A stretch of 64,000 nucleotides of DNA from Macrostomum hystrix (Eukaryota; Animalia; Platyhelminthes), in the NCBI GenBank assembly GCA_950097015.1, contig CATNEN010000003.1:8928001-8992000 (forward strand). The letters run 5' to 3'. Both the position numbers and the translations under genes were made by a program. How positions within the stretch are numbered: the first letter of the stretch is position 1; each line of letters starts with the position of its first letter. Shown here one piece after another: positions 12,101-36,504 of this stretch. A model generated the notes under the pieces. It was given only the letters and a program-made list of their open reading frames with translations, was not told where the DNA came from and searched no databases.

Positions 12101-13734
12101 TCAGGTAGATCGGTTTGGGTGTCAGGTAGATTGATTTGAGTGTCAGATAGATCGTTTTGAGTGTGAGGTAGATTGATTTGAATGTCAGGTAGATCGGTTT
12201 GAATGTCAGGTAGATTGATTTGAGTGTCAGGTAGATCGATTTGAGTGTCAGGTAGATCGGTTTGAATGTCAGGTAGATTGATTTGAGTGTCAGCTAGATC
12301 GGTCTGAGTGTCAGGTAGATCGATTTTGAGTGTCAGATAGATCGGTTTGAATGTCAGGTAGATCGGTTTGAGTGTCAGGTAGATCGATTTGAGTGTCAGG
12401 TAGATCGGTTTGAGTGTCAGGTAGATCGGTTTGAGTGTCAGGTAGATCGGTTTGAGTGTCAGGTAGATCGATTTGAGTGTCAGGTAGATTGATTTGAGTG
12501 TCAGGTAGATCGACTTGAGTGTTAGTAATAAAATACTTACAGATCGGCTCCCATTGCAGTCTCAATCGTATAAGTACCCCAGATTGTAGAATATTTTTCT
12601 AGGAATAGGTTGCACTTGGCAACCAGTGGATAAGGATAATGGACAAGTTGGTGCCCCATCGCTTTCTCAAGTTTAGAGGCCAAACCGCTGCTCTGCACAG
12701 TGCCAATAGTGTCTCGAGTTTGTGAGTCCCTGTCATTGACGGCGGATGTCAACTGTTTGTACTTTTGCGTTGTGCGAATTTTCAACTGACTATGGGGCTT
12801 GGCGTGCGCGCTGGACAGCGGCTTGAAGATGGTGAGGCGAGCCGAGTCACCCTGAACAGTACGAATCGGCTGTTCCTCTCGTTGCTCCGGGATATCCTCC
12901 TGCTGCTGCTGCTGCTGCTCCAGCTGCTTATGATCATTTGTATAAGTGCCGCAGCATGCTCTGTCCTCGTTCAGCAATCTTTGATCGGATTAAGTCGTAC
13001 AAATGATTTTTTATATTGTCACTTTTCACTGTCCGTTAATAAGTCCATGTGGTGTTAACGGGATCGGATAAAGACAGTGGGATCTATAGGATGGAATCTA
13101 TAGGATGGGATCTAATAGGATGGGATCTATAGAATGGGATCTATGGGAAGGGATCTATTGGATGGTATCTATAGGATGGGATCTATCGGATGGGATCTAT
13201 AGGATGGGATCTATCGGATGGGATCTATAGGATGGGATCTAAAAGATGTGATGGATAGAGTGGGATCAATATGGGATGTATAGGATTGGATCTACATGAT
13301 GAGATAAATAGGGTGGAATCTTTAGAATAGGATCTATATGATGAGATTTAAAGGATTGAATCTAAAGGATGGGATCTATATGATGATATAAATAGGATGG
13401 AATCTATAGGATGTGATCTACTGGTCGTGATCTGTATGTTTGAGGTTGGGATCTAAAGAATAGTATCTATACATAGGATGTGATTATCTGTAGAGGTTTA
13501 GTCTAATTTAATTTACCTTTCATAATCTCCCTGATGTACAGGATTCTGATCTACTGTGGCGCCATTCATTGGCGTTGAAGTTGACAATGGCGTCAAATTG
13601 TTGCTTTGGCAGGGAATCAGATAGCTTTTGGTAGTTTTGGAAATTGATTGCTTTGAATTTGACAAATCGCTGTGTAGCTGCTGCTGCTGCTGTTGTTGCC
13701 GCTGCTCGCGCTGACTATTGAACGCAAAGGCCAT
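3191..13734 (-). CDS. TTLL10: tubulin-tyrosine-ligase-like protein, TTLL10 (polyglycylase)-like, paralog A; ~591 aa, 7 exons
   Basis: Exons 13734-13517, 12978(or 12960)-12541, 11788-11646, 10443-10267, 9095-8942, 5930-5495, 3400-3191 join in frame through GT-AG junctions (1776 nt). Motifs WILKPSNSSQGVGL, VQKYIDDPLLVDRRKFNLRVF, GYVRLT, HLTNQVMQ, FGCDFLID, VWLIDINSGPSLTTNTEVLKNVIPGVI match TTLL10 as recalled. The exon 1/2 junction is the least certain. Confidence 0.88.
3466..4060. repeat. 16-bp minisatellite (ACAGTGGAGGGATGAG)n, TTLL10-A intron 6
   Basis: Near-perfect tandem copies. Confidence 0.97.
4061..5478. repeat. 15-bp minisatellite (CAGGGAGAGATGGCA)n, TTLL10-A intron 6
   Basis: Near-perfect tandem copies after a short transitional zone from the 16-mer. 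Confidence 0.97.
5941..6301 (+). mobile_element. tRNA-derived SINE, full length
   Basis: Pol III A box TGGCAGAGCGG and B box GTTCGATTC in the head; body shared with other copies in the window; (TAT)n tail; 14-bp TSD GTACCTGATTTATA (5927-5940) / GTACTTGATTTATA (6302-6315). Confidence 0.88.
6900..8926. repeat. 31-bp palindrome-rich minisatellite (TAGGGATAATATCCCATCTRGATATCTACTR)n, TTLL10-A intron 5
   Basis: Tandem copies; degenerate at left edge. Confidence 0.97.
9106..10185. repeat. 35-bp minisatellite (AAGGACCAATGGTTCTAGCTACAATATCCCMAATT)n, TTLL10-A intron 4
   Basis: Tandem copies reaching to about 10 nt from the acceptor at 9096-9097. Confidence 0.97.
10540..11295. repeat. 33/27-bp minisatellite (CCCACAGCTAACACCCCAAACAGACACCCCACA)n, TTLL10-A intron 3
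   Basis: Mixed 33- and 27-bp units. Confidence 0.95.
11795..12522. repeat. 21-bp minisatellite (TCAGGTAGATCGRTTTGAGTG)n, TTLL10-A intron 2
   Basis: Fills almost the entire intron. Confidence 0.96.
13078..13460. repeat. degenerate 14-bp minisatellite (GGATGGGATCTATA)n, TTLL10-A intron 1
   Basis: Decayed tandem copies. Confidence 0.85.
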
Positions 13735-14099
13735 TGCTTCTTTTGTTTTCGCTAGATTTCAAACAGAAATTCGCTTAATTTCTTTTCTGAAAGAATATTT
13801 TGCACTTACGCACGTAAAAAACGAGTAAAAAATGTGAGCTAATCAAATTTCGCCTTTAATTTGACTGTGTGCAAATCAGAATTTATTCATCTAAAATAGA
13901 ATTTTTATGATAAAACCATAGACACTTTGGTTTTGGTTTTGGTTTTAACAGTAAATAACGACTGGAAAATGTTAGAAAAAATTGCATCTTGAAATGGAAA
14001 TTGGGTAGGGAAATGCAGTAGATTTCAAACGATAAGATTTTACAAATAAGATCTGAAAAATGGAATCCCGACAAAAGAATCTCATTGAAAGGGATTTAG

Positions 14100-15352
14100 T
14101 GCATGGAATCTGGACGTGAAGATCTAAGGATGGGATCTAGAGGATGGGGTCTAAACTAGAGAATCTAAGGTTGGAATCGAAGGATGGGATCTGGAGTTAA
14201 GGATCGAAGGATGGGATCTGAACATGAGGATCTAATGATGGGATCTGCACGTGAGGATCTAAGGATATATATATAAGGATGGGATCTAAGGATGGGATCA
14301 GGAAGTGAGGATCTAAGGCTGGTATCTGGATGTGAGGATCTTTGGATGGGATCTTGACGTGAGGATCTTTGGATGGGATCCGAACTGAGGGCTCTAAGGA
14401 TGGGATCTTTGGATGGGATCCGAACGGGGGCTCTAAGGATGGGATCTGAAGGATGGGATCAGGAAGTGAGGATCTAAGGCTGGTATCTGGATGTGAGGAT
14501 CTTTGGATGGGATCTTGACGTGAGGATCTTTGGATGGGATCTGGACGTGAGGATCTTTGGATGGGATCCGAACTGAGGGCTCTAAGGATGGGATCTGAAG
14601 GATGGGATCCGAACGGGGGCTCTAAGGATGGGATCTGAAGGATGGGATCAGGAAGTGAGGGTCTAAGGCTGGTATCTGGATGTGAGGATCTTTGGATGGG
14701 ATCTTGACGTGAGGATCTTTGGATGGGATCTGGACGTGAGGATCTTTGGATGGGATCTGGACGTGAGGATCTTTGGATCGGATCCGAACTGAGGGCTCTA
14801 AGGATGGGATCTGAAGGATGGGATCCGAACGGGGGCTCTAAGGATGGGATCTGAAGGATGGGATCAGGAAGTGAGGGTCTAAGGCTGGTATCTGGATGTG
14901 AGGATCTTTGGATGGGATCTGGACGTGAGGATCTTTGGATGGGATCTGGACGTGAGGATCTTTGGATGGGATCTGGACGTGAGGATCTTTGGATGGGATC
15001 CGAACTGGGGCTCTAAGGATGGGATCTGAAGGATGGGATCCTTAGGATCCTTAGGACGGAATCTGAAGGATGGGATCCTTAGGATCCTTAGGATGGGATC
15101 CTTAGGATGGGATCTGAAGGATGGGATCCTTAAGATGGGATCCTTAGGATCCTTAGGATGGGATCTGAAGGATGGGATCCTTAGGATCCTTAGGATGGGA
15201 TCCTTAGGATGGGATCTGAAGGATGGGATCCTTAAGATGGGATCCTTAGGATCCTTAGGATGGGATCTGAAGGATGGGATCCTTAGGATCCTTAGGATGG
15301 GATCCTTAGGATCCTTAGGATGGGATCCTTAGGATGGGATCCTTATAGGATG
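14100..15352. repeat. composite GGATGGGATCY minisatellite with higher-order units
   Basis: Units such as GGATGGGATCTGGACGTGAGGATCTTT and GGATCCTTAGGATGGGATC, upstream of TTLL10-A. Confidence 0.9.
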
Positions 15353-15549
15353 GGAGCTGAATTTCTAATGCAAACCCCGAGTGATACTGAATGTCAATCT
15401 GTATGCCGCCTAGTGCAAATTGTTGGGCTGGAAAACGGGATAGACAACAATTCGATATTATCCAAAAGAAACTGCCACACCCAGCATTTCATTGCACTTC
15501 ATTTTCTTCTGTCCTATACAAACTAGTGCCCCCTAGCAGAGAATTGTTC

Positions 15550-17222
15550 ATTAGTCCCCCTTGGCAAATGTGGTTGATTGGCAAAACTGCCTTGCTATAC
15601 TCACAACTGCTAGAGTTCTGGGTTGAAAGGCTTGGTTGGGAATGGGCGGGTAACTCCCCATGGGGGTAGGGGAAGGGGGCGGGTAGGTCGTGTTCGGCTG
15701 GGCATAAACTTCGCTCCGATTCAGTTGGCTTCATTCTGCAGCTCAGGGGCCACCGCCTGCCCTCGCCAGCAAATCGATCGCTCAGGGGGGGTGGGTGGAT
15801 TGGCACGCGGATGCCCAGCACTGCTTCAATGATTGAGTTATACTTCATGCCGGAAATTCGCCCCTCTCTCTCATTTTCTTTCCATCTCTACCGCTCGACA
15901 TCTCTCTGTCTGTCTGTCTATCTAACCGCCTGTTCCGTCTCTTTCCCCAATGCAGCAGCAGCAGACACAGTGGCAGTCGCATAGCAGACAGTAGAGAGGA
16001 TTGAGGTTCAAGAAAAGGACTTTCTAGAACCAAAGCCTTGGGGGATTGAACAGGTGTGCTTCTTTTCTCCCCTGCCAGGCCAGCATCATTCCTTGCTTGC
16101 TTTGCTTGTCTTCTTCTTTCCCACAGCCCCACTATTCGCATACCACCCGCCCACGCTTTACGACTGGCTGTCCCCATTTTTTCTCTCTTCCCATTTCTTC
16201 TCCCTCCTCGACTGTCTTCCCGCTCAATTTTCGCCCTAAACCTAACCCTAACCCTAACCCTAACCCTAACTGTAGCCCTAATCCTACCCCGCGGGGCAGC
16301 CCGTTTTTCATTCATGCCACATCTGACAGTGTACGCCCGCCTTCGCGTATCGATCAAAACTGCCTCCCACCCCTCTGTCTCGCCTAATCCCCCCAGCATC
16401 GACTGCTATAGTGCAGCAAATTCTTATCCCTCGCCCCGCTGTCTCCCTCCTTGATCCCGCAGGCCACTGAACAAGCTCGCATCTCTTCCCCCAAAATCCT
16501 CTCTCTCTAGGCCGTTCGCATGAGCGACACGTTTTCAGTTGTTGCCGTCGAGAAGCAGGCTAGGCTAGGGAAAAAAGCGAGCGGTGGGGGGAGGAGCCTC
16601 TATCCAATGCTTGAATCCCATTCGTCTCTCTAAAGGGAGGCCAGACTTAACTAAAGCTGGGGGGAGGAGACGAGATTATAGATCCCCCAACCTCAATTCC
16701 CCAAGCCTGAAAGCCCTTAGCCTTGAGTAGGTTGGTGGTGCAAGCGCCCAAGCAGCAACCCCAACCGCCTTCTAACCCTCATCCCGCTTTCCTGTCCCGC
16801 AGAGCTTCAGATCCCAATCTCCTACTCCTTCCCACGCTTTTTGTAGCAAATTTTGCCGTCTACTTTTCTTTCTCGTCGCAACCTCAATCTGTCTGTCTGT
16901 CTGTCTCCCTCTGTCTCTCTCGTCTTAGAGCTCACAGCCCACATCTACCCCAAAAACTAAATTGGAGATCCAGTTAAAATCTCCCTTGCATCCTCCCCAT
17001 CAATCCGCACTTAAGAAAGCAGCAGCGGCAGCGGCAGCAGCAGCAGCAGTCATTCTGTTTGACGACTTCCTTTGTTGTGAATTTCTAGGAATTCTTAGAA
17101 ATCTCCGAATTTCTCTAGCTTAGCATAGTCGTCTGTATCGTTGGTATCGTTTGGGTTATTTATTTCAGAAACATTTTGTTTTATCTAGTTGAATACAAGT
17201 CCCTATTCACTACTTCATCGTC
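15550..17222 (+). promoter_or_regulatory. GC-richer promoter / 5' UTR region of G-alpha-o (head-to-head with TTLL10-A)
   Basis: GGGCGG boxes (~15643, ~15676), CT/GA microsatellites and a (GCA)n run before the ATG at 17223; no credible ORF. Inferred from position. Confidence 0.4.
16234..16284. repeat. short interstitial telomere-like (CCCTAA)n
   Basis: CCCTAAACCTAACCCTAACCCTAACCCTAACCCTAAC. Confidence 0.85.
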
Positions 17223-31414
<14,192 letters not shown>

Positions 31415-31709
31415 GCTTACCGTGGAACACTCTCTATACACAATGTTCTAAACTTTGTGCGTGAATATTTTTTCACGGATTTTTTTAATAATCTTTGCTG
31501 AAAATGACCTTTCCTAGCGATTCTATAATTTCGTATCGAAAATGGTAAACTAAATTGTTAATATTAAATATTCAAATTGGGAATTATACCAATTAAGTCG
31601 TTATAGTTGCATTAACTGCATTAATTTGAAGCCTGGTACGCTCGTACTATTTCTAACGTGGTGATTAACGTTAGGAAAGAATGCATGCAATTATTTTTAT
31701 TGAAATTTC

Positions 31710-31729
31710 AATAAATTGGACAGAATAAA
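31710..31729 (+). terminator. candidate polyadenylation signals of GNAO
   Basis: Two AATAAA hexamers (31710, 31724) in the AT-rich 3' region; may be chance. Confidence 0.3.
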
Positions 31730-33710
31730 ATTTCTAAGAAAATTTGCGGCAAAATTTACGTATATGCGTAAATGCGTATATGCGTATATTCAAAATCCAA
31801 ATCTTAATCAAGTAATTTAAAATTTACAATCAATGCACACGTCGATCTATGTACGCATTCTTATATGTTTCTACCAATAACCCCAAGATGATCCTTCTAA
31901 CAGTTAAATATTGTTTTGTTTCAGTTTTTCTGTAACTATTCACCACTCTAGCCTGTTCCGTTCGTTATGTACTTTTATATGAAGCTTACTTTAAAATATC
32001 TCTTCATTGAATATGGAAAAGTGACAAAAACTACCAGCCCAAACAAATTTTTTTTTCGATTTTATACACTGAATTTTCGTCTGAATTCTTATGAAAATTT
32101 TACTCTAAATTCTTATAATATCAAGCAACACCATAAAATGATATCGTTTTGTTTATCTGTTAAGTGTGTTTGTTTGTTTATTCATCCTACGTGTTTGTAA
32201 AATTCTATCCAATGCAGGGCAAGTTTTTTGGTTTGCTTTAATTACGAACGTAATTCTACTATTCTAGCAACGAGTTTTCCTTGTGTCTGACACCTCGAAC
32301 ACCTCCTTGTGTTTGACAGTGTGGCGTCCGGTTTAAAAATAATCCTATTGTTTATTTGTTATACCTGCACACATCGCACTACTTAAAATATATATTGAAA
32401 GCGCTATTAGTCATAAGAACCTTTTTCCTTATTTTTATGTATGATCTACATACTACTTACAGTAAGTTGTTTTGTTGTGAGCATGCTTTTATCGTGTGGC
32501 GTTTCAGAAGATAGGAAATCAGGAATCTTGGAGACCGGAAAATTTGAAATCGATTATAACAAAACTCTCAACTATGTGTTTGTGTTATTTTGTGTGAACT
32601 GTGCATTGCACTAATATATAAAATCGCTTCTTTTAATTGCTGTTGATGCACATTTTTGTCTTCTTTAGCAGTAAGCTTTCTTTGTCTTTTTTGCTAAAAA
32701 TCATTCAAAGAATATTTTATAAATTTATGTTCATGTGAAAATAATTACCTTACTATTTAAAAGAAATTTACTATATTCGAAACAGAACACAAATGCAAAT
32801 TTTATCACTGTATCTATTTGTCCTTTTATTTGCCCTAACTGGCTATAGTTCCAATATTTTTTGTCATATTTATAGATTTTTTAAACTAGTTTTTCAAGTA
32901 CTCTCAGACAATACTAAATAGATGTATATTTATTCTCACGGAAATTTGGGATTCCCGTTTTATTCTCAGATAAAGACCACAAAAATATTTGTTCGCGTCA
33001 TAGCTACATTCTTGCAATAATTATTAATATCGCTATGCAATGTCGATCAATACTCTAAACATAAGAAGTAATAATTTGACAAACCTATTTACGTATAATA
33101 AGCAGCTATTTTTCCTCCATGCGAAGGCTAGAGGCGCGTTAACTCGAACTTTCTAAATTTGGCGCTAATTTAAAAGAGGAAAAATCAACCTGCCCATCGT
33201 TATTGGACAAACAACCGACTGGATCGAAGTAAAATAATAAATTCAATTGTAGTAAGCAATTGCTTTTGTCCGAAATCGAAATAAAAAGTTGTTCTGCCTT
33301 GACTTGGCTTTATTTAATAAAAAAATAACGTTATAGTTCGGATTCTAATAAAGTTTAATTTAACGTGCAAAAGACCTCGTGAGAATTAGCAACCGATTAA
33401 GTTAGGGTCAGAGTTCTATTGAGTTGAGTTGGATGCTGTAATTCCTGCAATGGTTGTAGAGCTTCGCACTTTATTTTAACCAAGGGGATGTGCATTTGGC
33501 CTAGCAGGACTACTTATCAATATCTGTTTGCACTTTTAAATATTTACCATAGACATAAAGCGTGTGTAACAAATGGTATATTGGATGCACCTGAAATCAA
33601 AATGATAATTTATTAGAAAACGTCAAATATTCTACAAATTAGAAAACGTTCTCGGACTAATTTTTCAGACAGGTGTTAGTACAGTGGGCTGGCGCCTATA
33701 AACCTTCCAT

Positions 33711-35250
33711 ATGCGGACTATGTTTAAAAAGTGGATCGACACCAATACAAAGATTCTTAGCCCGGACGATGTGGCAATAGTTAAACAACTCTGTCGAAGC
33801 AATCGGATTTGGTACATTGTGTTCGCCAGCTTATTCTGGACCTGTTTTATAGCCTCTCTGGCACTATTCATTGTCGCCTATCAACAACGCAAAACACTAA
33901 AGTACGATGGACAAAAATTCAAGTAAGTTAATTCTCATATCCCCTGTCTCATTCCCTGTGAGAATCGTCTCTATTCTCTGTGAGAATCGTCTCTATCCTC
34001 TGTGAGAATCGTCTCTATTCTCTGTAAGAATTGTCTCTATTCTCTGTGAGAATCGTCTCTATTCTCTGTGAGAATCGTCTCTATTCTCTGTGAGAATCGT
34101 CTCTATTCTCTGTGAGAATTGTCTCTATTCTCTGTGAGAATCGTCTCTATTCTCTGTGAGAATTGTCTCTATTCTCTGTGAGAATCGTCTCTATTCTCTG
34201 TGAGAATCGTCTCTATTCTCTGTGAGAATCGTCTCTATTCTCTGTAAGAATTGTCTCTATTCTCTGTGAGAATCGTCTCTATTCTCTGTAAGAATTGTCT
34301 CTATTCTCTGTGAGAATCGTCTCTATTCTCTGTAAGAATTGTCTCTATTCTCTGTGAGAATCGTCTCTATTCTCTGTGAGAATCGTCTCTATTCTCTGTG
34401 AGAATCGTCTCTATTCTCTGTGAGAATCGTCTCTATTCTCTGTGAGAATCGTCTCTATTCTCTGTGAGAATTGTCTCTATTCTCTGTGAGAATCGTCTCT
34501 ATTCTCTGTGAGAATCGTCTCTATTCTCTGTGAGAATCGTCTCTATTCTCTGTAAGAATTGTCTCTATTCTCTGTGAGAATCGTCTCTATTCTCTGTAAG
34601 AATTGTCTCTATTCTCTGTGAGAATCGTCTCTATTCTCTGTAAGAATTGTCTCTATTCTCTGTGAGAATCGTCTCTATTCTCTGTGAGAATCGTCTCTAT
34701 TCTCTGTGAGAATCGTCTCTATTCTCTGTGAGAATCGTCTCTATTCTCTGTGAGAATCGTCTCTATTCTCTGTGAGAATCGTCTCTATTCTCTGTAAGAA
34801 TTGTCTCTATTCTCTGTGAGAATCGTCTCTATTCTCTGTAAGAATTGTCTCTATTCTCTGTGAGAATCGTCTCTATTCTCTGTGAGAATCGTCTCTATTC
34901 TCTGTAAGAATTGTCTCTATTCTCTGTGAGAATCGTCTCTATTCTCTGAGAATCTTCTTAATTCTCTGTGATAATCGTCTTAATTCTTCTTTAATGCACT
35001 ATAACAGAGTTTTGCATAGAATTTTTAACACCAACTGCTTAATCATTTTCACCTGGAAAGCGCGCTGCTCTATTCCATGACTACATCGTCTCTGTTGGCC
35101 ATGGTGTTCTGCTTAATCACTTCTCACATCGAGTGCCGCTCGATGGAGATTCTGAGGCTCTACTGCGAGAAAAAGATGGGAATAGAGCCTCAAGAGGAGG
35201 TTGTAGAAAGTTCTGCTCCCGCTTCAGATACCGATAAGAAGTTCGATTAG
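33711..35250 (+). CDS. small uncharacterised protein with two predicted transmembrane helices; ~133 aa, 2 exons
   Basis: Exons 33711-33922 (donor GTAAGT) and 35061-35250 (AAG acceptor after CTTAAT) give MRTMFKKW...IWYIVFASLFWTCFIASLALFIVAY...FNALLYSMTTSSLLAMVFCLITSHIEC...DKKFD*; AATAAA downstream near 35327. Confidence 0.6.
33955..34985. repeat. 22-bp minisatellite (AGAATCGTCTCTATTCTCTGTG)n, intron of the 2-TM gene
   Basis: Near-perfect tandem copies. Confidence 0.97.
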
Positions 35251-35529
35251 AAATGAGAATTTAATGTTTACTACATATTTAAAATAACATTAATTAAAAT
35301 TAATCAATTGGTTAATACGTTAATAAAATAAAAAACTGTTTACGCTAAAACTAAATGCGCTAAGATTGTTTATAAACTGTTGAATCATGAAGCTTATCTG
35401 CTTATCAGTGATCCATTTGAGCACCTGCCAACAGGGCACTGGTGACTTACGACTGACCTTCGAAATCCGACCATCTGGCTACTCCATACATCTGCTCTCT
35501 CTGATCTTACCACTCCTTGTCTACTTCTC

Positions 35530-36130
35530 TACTGTCTCATCTCTCCCTTTGTCTAATCCCTCACGTGTCTCATCTCTCCCGTGTCCCATCTCTCCCGTGT
35601 CCCATCTCTTCCGTGTCCCATCCCTTCCGTGTCCCATCCCTTCCGTGTCCCATCTCTCCCGTGTCCCATCTCTTCCGTGTCCCATCCCTTCCGTGTCCCA
35701 TCCCTTCCGTGTCCCATCCCTTCCGTGTCCCATCCCTCCCGTGTCCCATCCCTTCCGTGTCCCATCCCTTCCGTGTCCCATCCCTTCCGTGTCCCATCCC
35801 TTCCGTGTCCCATCCCTTCCGTGTCCCATCTCTGGCGTGTCCCATCTCTCCCCCGTCTCATCTCTCCCGTGTCTCATCTCTCCCCCGTCTCATCTCTCCC
35901 GTGTCTTATCTCTTCCCTGTCTCATCTCTCTTCTGTCTCATATCTACCCGTGTCTCATCTTCCCCGTGTTTTATCTCCTCGTGTCTCATCTCTTCCCTGT
36001 CTCATCTCTCTTCTGTCTCATATCTACCCGTGTCTCATCTTCCCCGTGTTTTATCTGCCCGTGTCTCATCTCTCCCTGTATCATTTTACTTATTTCTTAT
36101 CTCCATTTTGTTTCATGTCTCTTGTGTCTC
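35530..36130. repeat. 16-bp minisatellite (CCGTGTCYCATCYCTY)n
   Basis: Tandem copies; reverse-complement relative of the GAGACA..GAGAT family. Confidence 0.92.
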
Positions 36131-36504
36131 ATGTGTTTGATTCTGTAACAATATAAAATTATGACTCAAGCAAAAAACGACTCATATTGAACATTTATTT
36201 TATGACTCTAAAGATGGCTACATTCAAGTAGGCAGTTTCTAACTAACTGAAGTTTGGTCATAGACAGCACACGGATCACGCCAGTGAAAACCACAGAAGT
36301 TAGTAAAAAAGCCTATCTGATTCGTTTGCAACTAAGGACAGTTATAAGAAAATAGCTTAGTTATAAAATAATGAGGCGCTAAGTTCAATAAACAACTCAA
36401 GCAGTCTGCTTAGTGAATATACACTTTTGATAGCCAATAAAAAATCTAGAGCCAACGACAGTCAAGCAGAGCTTACTCGGCGAGTTGCCGCCTATGCGGC
36501 TGCC

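Noticed and set aside
15391-16977. Cluster of overlapping ORFs upstream of GNAO
   Set aside because: Low-complexity GC-richer promoter/UTR sequence with no recognisable protein motifs
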